A stretch of 64,000 nt of DNA from Azolla caroliniana (Eukaryota > Plantae > Polypodiophyta). The translations under genes were made by a program, and so were the position numbers. This document shows positions 44,201 through 56,911 of this stretch, in pieces. How positions within the stretch are numbered: position 1 is the first letter of the stretch; every line of letters begins with the position of its first letter. Below the pieces are notes generated by a model. It made no database searches. It was not told where the DNA came from and saw only the letters and a list, made by a program, of their open reading frames with translations. The stretch spans positions 930,001 through 994,000 of the forward strand of contig JBHGNT010000012.1 of NCBI GenBank assembly GCA_043228905.1, read 5' to 3'.

Positions 44201-47200
44201 TGGGAACAATCCAAGCTATATGAGCATGGCGATAGTGCATTTTATGCTTATGCCATGCGACCTAAACCATTGTTGCATTTCAACATACCAACAATGATTA
44301 TATCCATACTCAGCAAGTTGTTCTGATGACAAAGTTGTAACATTGATTAACTTTATTTAGGGAGCTCCCAAAGCCATTGGATACTAGTCACTAATTGAAT
44401 AATGCCTCAGTTGGCGCTGCTCCCATATCCACCTGATTTATACATGGAGCACCATCAATTTTCTCCTTATCATGCGAGCAATCATTGAGACTAAAGGTCT
44501 ACCAAAATCTTTCTAGATATTTGCCGCGTGAAGACTCGGTCCACAGCTTCCTCAAGGAGAAGATTCAGTGTGACAAGTGTATCAAATAGCCACAATTTAG
44601 TTTGTGGATCTTGGGATTGTATATGTGCACATTGTCTTTCAAGAGCACCAAGGGTGCATATCCATGAGAAAGTTCAGCACATGCAACCTCTCGTAAGGAG
44701 AACTGAGGTCCTGTGAATGTTACCCCTAGGTATGTGTAGGATCATATGTACGCCACCTTTTCCTCTTTCAAGAAGAATTTTCGTTCTGATCTCTTAACCA
44801 TGCTTGAGAGGCATTAAAGACCATCAATTTGGTGTTATCTAGGTTTATCGACAAATCTTTTTCCTTAAAAAAATGATTAGAAAGCGTTTACATGTCTTTG
44901 TAGTTCCTCGAGAGAGTCAGAGATCAACACAATGTCACCAGCATATAGTAATATCTGTATACCTAGACCAGGTAGGCGTGCTCCCAAAACTCCCAATATC
45001 TCTATATAATGCAATACCTCATCCATATAGAGACTGACAAGAGTGAGTGATAGTGGCCATCCTTGTTTTACTACAATCGTGCTAGTTACAGCATTCAACA
45101 ACCCATCAAGAGATTGCACTTTTCCTAACAAAGATTCATATAGTGCATGGACTCCCCATTGCACATCTACAAGGACACCAAGGGCTTATAGCCTCTGTAT
45201 GAGCCAAACACACGGTCAAAGGCTTTTTAAAAATCCACAAAGCAGAAATAAATCTTCTTTTTTATGAGCTCTGCCATCTTTGCTAAGGGCTCAGAAGGTC
45301 AATCTGTGATCCAAAGTTATGAACCCCTTTCGAAATCCTTCCTTTTCAGCTGAACAGAAGCCATTCCTCTTGCCCATGCATTTAATTCTGACTCTACAGC
45401 CACGTAATGCCAATCATGATTGTCCTATATTAGCTCAGAATCATGGGGTTTCCACCCTCGACAATTGGCACAATGGTATGTTCTGTACGGCTAGGAGGAA
45501 AAGAAAAGAAAGATATATATTGAGATCTTTTAAGAGGACAAAAATAGCCTATAAGACCAAACCAGATATTACAATATAGATCTATTAAAGATGTGTGCTG
45601 GCAACGGGATCAACGTGTCATGGATGTAGCTGAAGTGTACACCTACCAATCCATCGTGATCTTGGGCCTTCCCAAATTGTAACTGATTGATGGCATTTCT
45701 TACATTTTGAGGAGTGAAAAAAGTGGCTTCTAGTAATTCCACCTTTAGAAAGATATGTGACTTTACTTTTTGCTTCTCTTTATCCTTTTGCATTACCTCT
45801 TTCAAAGCTCTTTCTATATCATCTCTCATTCGGTTCAACTCTTGTATTATCAAACGGCGTAGAGATTGCCTTTTTCTCTCTTCAAGATCTAATGGAATGT
45901 GTATTTGGGGTGCCTTGCACATCCTCCAAACATTATCCAGGGTGCTCCCATCCCATCCTTGTATTCGACAAAAATGTATGAATGAGAGAAATTAACTGTT
46001 ATATGAACATCTTCAAAAGACCAAAGCCCTTTATGAGACAAAATGTTATACCCATGTACATCTCATATGTTATGTCACCTAGAGTAAAACAGAAAAAAAA
46101 AAATGTATCTAAACTAGCTAGGTAGCCCATGAAGTTGCAAAACTGTGATCGATATCCAATGTAGAAACAAATCATAGTACATGATGCACCATAATATTGA
46201 GCATAAAAGGTACATAATAAATCTAGCATCAGTACAGCATGAATGGATCCGCATGAGCACTTGCATCTCTTAACATCATTTGACCCAAACGTCCTCCTTA
46301 GTGAAGTATAAATGGCATCATGTATCCTTGGATGTAGTACATCCATCTGTGAAGCATTGGGTGGTGTGATCTCTCTGAGGGCCGGTTGCAGCTAGAAGTT
46401 CTCACATTGCTTGTAGTCCAGAATGTGTTGACGCTCTACTGATGAGAGACTCTAAATGTGTGGATCCATAAACTCTCAACATCACTGTTTCATCTGCTTC
46501 TAAGATATTTTCAACAATATCCTCTGGAGAACAAGACTGAATGCAGCTATTTGCAGGGTTTGTGAACATTGACACATTCATAATATTAATAAAGTTCCTA
46601 AAAACACGCATCTTGTTTTGTTGAAAATTTACTGCTACTCGTCTCTGTCTATTTACAGGAAGTGTTGGTGATTCACTGTTTACAATAACTTTGCATAGCG
46701 CCCCTTTAAGCACATGCTGAAGCATATATGCACACGTAAGAAAAGGTTTCCATTCAAGAGTAACAAGTTCCTCGTTAACCTACACAAAGAGAAGAAACAG
46801 AAAACATAAAAGGCCTTGTGATAGTTCTTGTACAGATTATTGACCTGTAGAGAGTGCTTGTTCAATTGTCAAGAATCCTATATTCTTGTGCATCCTGGAA
46901 TCAATTGTTTTATTTGCAACCATAACCCGTTTTAACAACAGACAAATTGGCAGTCATACAATAATTCTCTGCGTATCAGTTGGGAATATAGTGTTTAAGA
47001 GAGATAGGAAGCAAAAATGAGAACATATGCAGCTTGCACAGCTAACTATGTTCTGACTACCTAATGCAGCCATCCACTTATAAAGGAAAGAGTAACAATG
47101 TTATCACTGCACACCTGGAGGGATACTGCCTGCATTTCTGCATCCTCTCGGGCTTTTAAATCATCAGTTAAAGTACAAATTTTCAGTTGCAATGCAGAAC

Positions 47201-48103
47201 GTTCTTCCTCAAACTCTTTGACACTCTTGTGAAGTGCCTGCTCCAGCTCATTCTTTTCTTTCTCCAGAGCAGTGGCTCTGCATGTAGTAGGACTTGATTA
47301 ATAAAATGTAGCTGAGCATTTTATCTTAAAATGTAGCTGTGCACTTTATCTTAAAATGTAGCTGTGCACTTTATCTTTGTCATGCATAGCTTCATCTTCC
47401 TAAACCAAATATAACAAAGTGATTTATATATCCTGAGTTGCAAATACCTTTGAGCCAAACGACGTTGAAGTTCAAGTGTCTGTTCCATGTCTTCATGGAG
47501 TGCATTCAATTCCTTTTCAGCTCTCTCTACATTTTCATGGTTTTGCTTCATGTAAAGCTCCAGTCTGCCTTCAATTGAGCATATTTATAGGATAGTTACT
47601 TGTAAAACAAGGGATAGTGCCATAGGAATATGCAAATATGATTTAAATAGAAAAACCTAAGATTTAGACACAGAAATGTATTTCTTCAATCTGATATTCA
47701 GCATGAGTCAGATATCATACCTTTCACGAAGTTGTTGATTTATTTTTTGTAACCGTTGCTCTCCCTCTATGTGAGCTTCAAGATCAATTTGCAATGCGGC
47801 AACTTGGCGACGGAGTGTTGCAGCATCTGATGCAGGAGGCACCATTAGCCCTTCAGCCCTTAAACGTGGTCCTATTCTCAAAATTGAATGATGTTGTGTC
47901 GCTGATCCTGCAGAAGCATTTGGCATTATTCCTTTCTGATTAGGACTACTGGAAGATGACTTGCTACCACCAGGTCCATCCTCAGCTTTGGTGGTAGTTG
48001 CTTTCAGTGGATTTGTCTTCGTCATCCCCATGTTGCTATTCATCACAAGAGTGTTTCCCTTGTGAGGTTTAGCCATGCTACCTGAGGTTGACGGTGCTCC
48101 CAT
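35278..48103 (-). CDS. Large coiled-coil protein with Sfi1-like (centrin-binding type) Trp repeats, ~17 coding exons
   Basis: Exons approx. 48103-47721, 47565-47449, 47277-47115, 42851-42720, 42640-42416, 41363-40939, 40818-40632, 40225-40095, 40021-39970, 39162-38969, 38294-38043, 37561-37422, 37333-37188, 37117-36985, 36903-36803, 36248-35608, 35355-35278; junction phases that I checked are consistent. Repeats include MRKAFGRW, CRRVFKSW, QRQTLAAW, CRSAMKSW, LQLKVLVVW, LMKAAIILW, RVIFLSW and LVIALHSW, flanked by heptad coiled coils. A likely non-coding 5' exon has its donor near 52271. Confidence 0.75.
39256..39965. repeat. Intronic tandem duplication of ~353 bp
   Basis: CATTAATGG.TGCAGGAA.TCTA.GTG.CTGTAGTATCAAAAC at ~39256 and ~39609, colinear to ...GCAACTGTGAAA.ATTA at both unit ends. 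Confidence 0.93.
43195..45950 (-). mobile_element. Degenerate RTE-type non-LTR retrotransposon (RT + C-terminal Zn finger) in an intron
   Basis: FTPQNVRNAINQLQFGKAQDHDGL, VKQGWPLSLTLVSLYMDE and LLYAGDIVLISDS RT motifs. A Zn finger HLCHQGVEYEEHYVCHC lies near 43860-43910. The 3' end is GGTCTTATAAGCCACTTTGGCCTCATAGAAGG with a (CTTT)n tail at ~43195-43250. Confidence 0.85.
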
Positions 48104-49199
48104 GGTCTTCTCAAGAACTGCCAATGTCCATGCTGCTGTGTAACATGTAGAATAGGAATCTGATATAGGAATGCAACAACTAAGGAGGCAAACAAATTTC
48201 AAAAGTAAAGAATCATAGCATGATTATCACATTTGAAATCTGGGATGGGACATGAGTGGAACTAGGAACAGAGAAGGATGCAGGGATTGCAGGCATGCAC
48301 AGAGTAGAAAATGCTAATATACGTGTGTGTTTTGTGTCTGTATACATGTATAAGCATTTGTGATATGTTTGTGTGGATGTCTGGATATAGTGAATGCAAA
48401 CATAAGTTGCTAACACAAAAAAATGTGAAAAAATGGTTAAGATAGAAAAGGAGTGTTTACTTTCAGGTGTTTGGACCTTTGTGACTTACTTTTATGAACT
48501 TTTTCTATGTTTGATATATCATCCTTAGCCTGATCCCTCAGATATAAAGCAAAGAAGTAACTTGGGGCTATGCTGTAGATAGATGGCCCATGCCAGCCAT
48601 CTAATCTGACCCATCATTGTCACAATATGTCAAGATATCATTCAGCTTACAGATACCTGTAAATTAAACCATAGCAATCTCAAAATATTTCATATAAGCC
48701 ATATTTTAGTTTCTTACTAGTTAAGAAGACAGAGCATAAGCTTGACAAAAGCCAAGAATCAAAACAAATTAGAATTATGCGATCCCATTAGAAAGAGGGA
48801 AGGGATCAAATCTTCTGGTCAGAAATGATTCACTCTCATGGACAATGACTGCATGGATGTCCTAGTATAATGTTGTTTCTTACAACTGTAGCTCTTTCAA
48901 AAGTAGATTACGTTTTAGTTTTAGTTTATAATCAACTCAATGACCCTTTCTAACTTACGTAATACTTTTGAGTCTCATAGGCCACTTTGGCCTCTATAGA
49001 GCATGTTTATATAGTCTTTCTTTATTTTCTTTTTCCTAATCCTTGCATTAAATATAATATACTGTGTAAGTATTCAAACCTCAGGCCAAAAATAGGACCT
49101 AGTTAAATGTAATGTGAAATGCCTATATCAGACATCACATCCCTGAAAAAGTAATAACATCTGAGAGTTGTCTCCTTTTCTCCACGCATACCCAAGGAA

Positions 49200-50745
49200 C
49201 AATGGCCCAACATGTTTATATCATGAAATTAACACATGATCATAGAAAACCATACAATATTACCACCAGCATGTTTATGTCATGGTGGTTTCTTGAAGTA
49301 CTTTTTGAGCAAATTTGGGTCAAGCAAAGGATCCCACTCGCTCCCACATTCTATGGTCTATGCATCAATGAAATTGATGAAATAGTAAACAAGGCTGCAA
49401 CAGAAGAAGGATTGGATGGTCCAAAATTCATGCATACGCTTATTTTTATATATACTTCTATATGCTGAGGATGTCATTTTATTCTCTATAATTTGGATGA
49501 TATATAACACTCGATGTGTTGGACGCATTCTGTCAAATCAGTGGCTAGCTGTTAGCATGGACAAAACAAAAATGATGGCAATAAAGGCAATACAACCAAG
49601 ACACTACCCCATTTTACATACAAGGGAGAACCATTAAAAGAGGTGCAAAGCTTCAAAAATCATGGTATTGATGCCCCATTGACGAATAGGTGGAGGGCAT
49701 GCTATGAATCTAGACTTCAAGCGAGTTGGAATAATTATTATATGCTCAGGAATCATTGCAACCAAAATGGTACTCAAGGATGAGAAGTCAGATTGATGCT
49801 ATTCAATGCTATGGCGGTCCAAGTGTTGCTTCATGGAGTGGAAGTGTATGGTGGCACTCTCTCACTTGGTGCACGGGATGAAATAGAGAAAATTCAAAAA
49901 ATGTTCTTACGTAGACAATTGGGGGTAAAATCCTCAACACCCTATCCTATCATGCTATTAGAAACAAGTGTTCGGCCCATAGAGGTACTAGCCATGCAAA
50001 GAGTATATATCACAAAAGTCAAGAATATGCCTGAACATAGATTGCCCAAACAAGCTTGGGACATAGGATGCAAGGTACAAGAGACTAATAGCAGTAAAAT
50101 CATCTCGTCTGCCTATGTGCTTGACATTATGAAATGGCTTAAGAGATGAGGAGTAAAAGATCTATTAGAGCTCTCAAGTGATTCTATGAAGTTTATGATC
50201 CTTGAGGATAGAGTACTAGAAGCACTAAGGATGAAGTGGCAAGATGCTAAAATGTCAAATTTGGCATGTTACATTGCAAATATTAACCCCCCAATATTGG
50301 CCCCAATACAAGGAAAAAATGCCAGAAAGTATCCAATTGCATGTCACTACCCCCATGAGCCTTGGCTCTCGGAGAGCCTTAAGACTTCTTCAAACTCGCT
50401 GACACAATTTAGTTTTTCTTTATGCAAACATGAAGATATGCAACGTATGCAATGACAACCTATTGGAGGATGAATATCACTTACTGCATGTTCAGTGTAT
50501 AAGATAATTCGCGAGAAATATGATGACTTGTTAGACAGGGATGATAATGTGAGTGTCATATTGAAATGTCCACCAAGAAAGGCGAGCACATAGTCCGTGC
50601 ATTACTTTACATCGAGAGTTTTTACCACAGAGTAGTAGAGCCCCTTGTAAGGAAGGAGTCACATACAAGATGATATGTTGATTTAGTCCCATAGGTCAGG
50701 TCAATCTTGGCCTCATTGTGGACGATAAATATCCATTCTATCATA
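49200..50745 (+). mobile_element. 5'-truncated degenerate RTE-type LINE in the first intron of the Sfi1-like gene
   Basis: VKQRIPLAPTFYGLCINE, LLYAEDVILFS and FLRRQLGVKSSTPYPIMLLETS; 3' end TTAGTCCCATAGGTCA...TTGGCCTCATTGTGGACGATAAATATCCATTCTATC. Confidence 0.87.
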
Positions 50746-52619
50746 GACATACCATAAAGTGTCTGAAGATGTCAAGGTGTAACCTGCATAAATCACTATA
50801 ATATCTGCATATCACCCCAAAGTTCTAAGTTCCATGATGCCAACATTATATGACGTAAGTTGTTTTTCAAGATCGTCCCTTCATAAGTCTCTCTCATCTA
50901 GACATCATTCATTGTCCATCATGATAAGGATGTGCTATACAAGATTAGGAAAGTCAGTGTTCAGATATGTATCTTTTTTTTAAACATCCAATTGTACCAG
51001 AAGCTTTGGATATTTTAAAATAATCTTAAAAACCTCAGGATAAGGTTGCATTACCAAAAAGAAAAAGCATTGATTACCTTGGAGAGATCAAATGATCTTT
51101 ACTTGACTTGACATGTGACGGCTTATTCTTCTAACAACTCTGGATAAGAATCTGCCATGTATTGTGTACAACCATGAGCCATTTGAACTTATAAAAAGCA
51201 TCGATTATCTTGGCCTTAAGAGAGTGAATGAATTTCATATTTGCCACTTGATGAGAGAAAGAGAACTTGCTATGCATTTGAGAACAATGGAGAACAAAAA
51301 CAAACATTGAGTGTTCAAGTTACACATTCTGGTGACATCAATGCTTCTATATCTTCAAAGTATATCCTGATTCCTTTCACTTCCTTTTGTTCATGAAGAT
51401 ATATGCATGAGGCATGTCCTTCCATGCATAGGTGAGTTGGCATGCAAACCAATTGAGACTAAAGGTTGTCACAATACATATGCTTCTGGACCTCATACTA
51501 TTGAGTGAGTCATGGTATTTTTACCAAACTTCTAGATTCAACACACATTTGAGTCTTAGTTCAAACATATCATCTAAACCCCCATGTTTTTGCCAAACAA
51601 TGCCAAGAACACATAATTAAATCCTCTTCTGGGCCCTAATCCTAATAAAGAAGTAATATGCTTTTACAGAGAAAAAAACAGGTATTTCATGGATTTTTTA
51701 TTGTGATAAGATATTGAGTAAGGTTTAAAAATACAACTCTGTACTGTAGTTCTGAGATAGCTGGAGAATCAAGAGCTCGTCAGAGAAAATAACAGAAAAT
51801 GCTTTGAATTTATCAATAGCAGTAAGCAAGGAAATCCTTGCTCTGTATCAATCATGGAATGCCTCGTAATAATCATGATAACAATCAAAGTTGATGCATT
51901 GTTTAACTAGAATGAGCATTTTCAATCATGGCATGGTGCGAAAACAAATTTAAGATCCAATGAAAAATGAGGAGATTATAGATTTCCCCATTTTCATAGA
52001 TTTCTGGTCAGATCACTATCCATCTCTATATGTGCGTGCATGTATCTGAGTCCGTGTTTCTATCTTAGAAGTTGTTAAACATGCATATGTATGTGTGTGG
52101 TGCTCTATACTCTTGTGTACACGCACAAACAAATGTGTGTGTGTAGCAAGAGAGAGAGAGAGAGAGGTATACAGATATGGCGTTTGTAGTGGTGCTCTCC
52201 ACTCCCATGCAATGAATCGATCAGAGACACACAGGCACACAGAGAGACAAAGAAGAGAAGAAGAACGAATACCTGATGGAGGTGCTTGCGAGATGGAGAG
52301 AAAGGGCCACAGACAGACAGAGAGTTAGTTAGTTACGTGACTTAGTTTTTATTTTTACTTGGATTCAACGAATTCTTCAGTCGAGAGAGTAATATGTTCT
52401 TCTTCTTCTTCTTCTTCTTCTTCTTCTTCTTTCTTCTTCTTTCTTCCCGGAATAAATGAATAAAAATGCCGGTGAAGAAGGCAAAGAGCGTCCACCGGAG
52501 TTTATTTTCTTTCAATTCTCATTGGCTTCTCTCAGCTCTCCCGTCCGTCGGCCGATTAAAAGAGACACCATGCTGCCCGAATATATTGTGCCACCGAGTT
52601 TGAAGCAGAGACCGAGCTC

Positions 52620-52990
52620 ATCTGTGTCCGTGTCCGTGTCTGTTTTCATGTCCTCGTCTGTGTCTATGTCTATGTCTGTGTTTGTGTTTGTGTCTGTGTC
52701 TGTGTTTGTGTCTGTGTCCATGTCTGTGTTTATGTCCATGTCCATGTCTGTGTCTGTGTTAATGTCCATGTCCATGTCTGTGTTTATGTCCATGTCCATG
52801 TCTGTGTTTATGTCCATGTCCATGTCTGTGTCTGTGTTAATGTCCATGTCCATGTCTGTGTCTTTGTTAATGTCCATGTCCATGTCTGTGTCTTTGTTAA
52901 TGTCCATGTCCATGTTTGTGTCTATGTCCATGTCCATGTCCATGTGTATGTCACTGTCCGTTTTGTGTATGTGTCTATGTTTGTGTCTAC

Positions 52991-53030
<40 letters not shown>
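52620..53030. repeat. Complex hexamer satellite (ATGTCC/GTGTCT, with a 24-30-nt higher-order period) followed by (GT)n
   Basis: Directly visible; produces the low-complexity MSMSVS/DMDMDINT ORFs. Confidence 0.93.
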
Positions 53031-53035
<5 letters not shown>

Positions 53036-54744
53036 CACGTTCTGGAGACGTGATCAGAAATCTTGAGATATGTATGTGCAAGAGACATACGGCTTCATTA
53101 GGTTTTCTTCCCACCCGAAAGATGGTCAATTTTGGGACCACACACTGGGCTTGAAAAGTAACTACCCTCCGTCGATGCCCTACATGACTAACCCTTGAAA
53201 AGGGGAGGGGGGGGGGGGGACACTCTTGACCTTTCGCACCATGTCGTGGCCATCCGTTGTGTTCATTTGTTTCTTTTATTTTACTAATTTGTCCTTTTGC
53301 CATTTTAGGTGTTGGCATGTACTAGAGGACTGCTTGCACTACATGCCTTTCTACGAACTACATAACAATATTGTCATGTTGATATGTACTCCCTTCAAAA
53401 CCCCAAGCCAAAGAGCCACCACAATGTGAAAGGGGCCAAACCTTGTTGTAAAAAGCTATAAAAGTTACTTTCGGGCATTTTCTAGCTCTTCTTTCCTGTC
53501 AAGTTTTTTTCTCTTCCTATAACCTAAGGTTGAGCTCTTTCATCCCTCTTCCTTAGTCTTTCACTTAAGTGAGCAGATTGATTAAGGTTAAGCACTAATT
53601 AGTTATAACTTAATCACTCCTCCATTTGTATGTGTGTTGAGAACTCTTATATGGTTGTTATATGGTTGGCATCAACATGCATATTGTTTACTTATGTGTG
53701 TGTATGTTTACTTCTTTTTAGCCTCTCCTTGTCTCTCTTTAAGACTTAATTAGCCTTTTAAAAAAGAGTCAACACTAGGAAGTGTGAGTGAGGGTTGAGC
53801 AACTAAAGGCTCAAGCACATTGACAACCACTCTTGCTCGATTCACTACCAATAGGATATACAACAGTCTAAATCCTTTGGCTTGCAACATCAATGTGGAA
53901 GTAGAACTTTGTTGATCAATATATGTGCTCTCGTGGTGTGCACCATGATATGACACAATGCTCAAACATGTCTAACACTTCACTAATAGACTCTAAAATT
54001 CCATGTGCTCAAATATATGCGCAAGTATACCCATAGCCATCATGTAGATGTCATGTATCTATAAGTTTTTATATATCCACTTCATGTTTTTGTTGTGGAT
54101 ATTATACCAAAATTGGACCTACTTATTGACTTGTTAGGCATAATAATGTTTGGTTATGGTCCATGGATATGTTTACAATGTGAGAGTGCATTCAAAATTG
54201 GAATTATTGAAACGTGTGGAATGTTTGATTGCACAATATACATTTACGTTGTATTTGTGATAACGGTTGATGTTGTGCTCTTCATTGCCTGTGTGGTGAT
54301 AGGTGTGCATTGTTTATTGTCAGTTTATTCAAGTGGGATGTCTATGATGAATGGCTTTGTGCAAAATAGAGTACATGGATGTATGACAAGAAAGCACATC
54401 CTTAAATTCTAATTATGAGCAAAGTGTTACCTTTTCCATGAGTTATTGATATAGTAAGTGAAGGATTAAGCCTTGAACATGGATGTATATCTCAAACAAT
54501 TACTGTTTTTCTCTACTTCATATAGTTGAATTGTTTGTTGACCCATATATTAGATATATCACAATGGAGTGGTTGGAAAGAGCAATTAACGCATTACGAC
54601 ATCAAGGGTAGTAAAGAAAGGCAATGACTCATGTGAAGCAAAATGGAGTGAGAGCAAAACAAAGATGTAAAGTTGAATATGCTTCTTATAAACATGGGGA
54701 GATATTGTGTACGTGAAAAATAAATTCTATTTTAAGCCCATAAC

Positions 54745-54915
54745 TTTAGGTTTAGAGATAACATTTGAAGATAACAAATCAAAATCATCGCACATCTTCC
54801 ACTGCTTAGCAATAGACAATACAATATATTTGTGTGTTTAGAGATAACATTTGAAGATAACAAATCAAAATCATCGCACATCTTCCACTGGTCAGCAATA
54901 GACAATACAATATAT
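54745..54915. repeat. ~87-bp tandem duplication
   Basis: GTTTAGAGATAACATTTGAAGATAACAAATCAAAATCATCGCACATCTTCCACTG..AGCAATAGACAATACAATATAT occurs twice. Confidence 0.9.
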
Positions 54916-56911
54916 CTCACACAAACGAGTGGTTGGTATGTCACATCATACTCATTGTTCCCATTCATAGCAAGTGTACTGAGATGACTTTCGAAGATGT
55001 TGATTTTGTTAACTTATAATACTTTGTTGACACCATGAATTGTGACCAATTTGGAAATTGTCGTTGACATATATTGATGTCAGTATTTATGGAGATTGAG
55101 ATCACACATTTAACAATTCAAGGCGTATATTGTCAAGTGTACATGAGACATGAGTGAAATTCGTGGGTGCAAGACTTGAGTTGAGTGAATATGAGCATTA
55201 AAACATTATAGGGCGATGGCATTAGTCTTTTCTTTATATTCACTCATATGTTCACTTGCAAGCTCCAACTGTTGTCATGCTTCATAGACCAACTAAACAA
55301 ACAAAAAAGATGGAGGGTGTAATTGTTAAAATGCTTCGAAGGGCTCAATTGCACACAAAAACTCCTAGAAGTTTAGGTAGACGACACAAACTTAATAATC
55401 TAGAGGAAGTGGTGTCGTGAAGCTAAAAACAAACTCAAATATCATGGCATGAATTGTACGACAATGTTCTCCATACGAGGCATCACGCAATTCTTACAGA
55501 GCCCAGGTGTTCGGTTCATTACGAGCCTTAATATATGCCACCCAAAGGAAGTGTTGCATCATATTCAATCGGTTGCTGGTCGGCAAGGACTCAGAGCTTG
55601 GCTTGCTGCCCGTCGCGTGGCATGGACTTGAGTTAGAGAACTTTTGCACTGATCGTGTGCAAGTCGAATGGGGCGGTGTTCTAGCTAGAAATTAATTTTT
55701 AAGTTCACGTATTCTTCTTGAGAACCACCTCTATGTCGATGCGTAAGAATGTACCATTGTTAATCCATTTTGTTGGAAGATGGACGAGAGTGAGTGTTGA
55801 TCACTCTTGAGTTACTCTAATGTGTAAGCTAACAACTAAAACAAACTTTAATCATACCATATATGATATGACTTAATCATCTTCACATGATAAAACAAAT
55901 ATGTAAACTCTATGAGACTTTACAACAAGCTTAACACTCGACTGAAGAGTAATCAAGAAAGAAACCACTAAAATGATCGAATTAGCTCGACTGCTTGGCA
56001 GGGATGCATTGGCAGGAGACGTAGTGCGAATCAAGAGACGTTTGTGTTCTTCTTCAATCAAGGTCCTCATATACTCAAGTAGAGTACGTAAAATTCGTGT
56101 TCGTCTAGCATATATTCGTTTTCCTACGTTGGAAAACCGAATGCGAATGTTATTCAAACATTCTTGTGTTTCCCCCTTTTTTTAGGTTTACTTACCTCGT
56201 TATAAATAGTTAATCCAAAAGAATGGTATTCTATAATTCTCGAATGTTTAAATCATTCGCGAATGCGAATGCACGGATGGTGCATACTATGTAGTATGTA
56301 CTCAAGTAAAGTCAAGTCAAGGCAAGTCAAGGAAAGTCAAGACTTGACCGACTAACAATGCTCGGAAAAGAGGATCCAAATAAAGGAAGTGAGAAAAGAC
56401 AGAGACGATCGTCTGTCTGTTCGCCCCGCCATAGCTCAGACCTCTTCTTCTTCTTCTGATTCTTCCATTCATCTCCTTCTTTCATCGCCGCCATCGCCAA
56501 CATCTGCTTCTTCTGCTTCTTCTGCTTCTTCTTCCGATCTTCTGCTTCCTCAATCGTCACCTGTTCTTCCGATCTTCCTATCATCATCATCATCAAAATC
56601 ATCATCATCATCATCATCATCATCTTCTTCTTCTTCTTCTTCTTCTGATATCTGTTCATCTTTCCCGTTCCCCTTCTTCTTCGCTACCTGTCTTCCTCAT
56701 CTTCTTCGTCCGATCTTCTCTTTCTATCAAATTCCCTTCCTTCTTCCTCACTTCTTCGGTTTTTTGTTCTATTCATCTTCTTATTCCCACATTTTGTAAA
56801 TTATTTTTTACAACTAATGCACGAACATACCTCCTCCCTCCATCGCCATTCTCTCCATCTTCTGCATCTCTGCAGCTCTTTTTCTCATCTGATAACAAGT
56901 TAGAAGCAGAA

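Noticed and set aside
52456-53318. 232-aa and 268-aa ORFs
   Set aside because: They arise from a stop-free hexamer satellite; low complexity on both strands.
53195-53760. Polypurine tract followed by a possible LTR
   Set aside because: A G-rich run is present but I could not identify a partner LTR, TSD or retroelement coding sequence.
55995-56290. Possible MITE with CGAAT/ATTCG subterminal motifs (similar motifs at ~22940-23030 and 24760-24870)
   Set aside because: No matching TIR pair or TSD could be established.
56327-56799. Poly-Ser / poly-Lys-Met ORFs
   Set aside because: These are CTT/CAT microsatellites in the pyrimidine-rich 5' leader of the auxilin gene.
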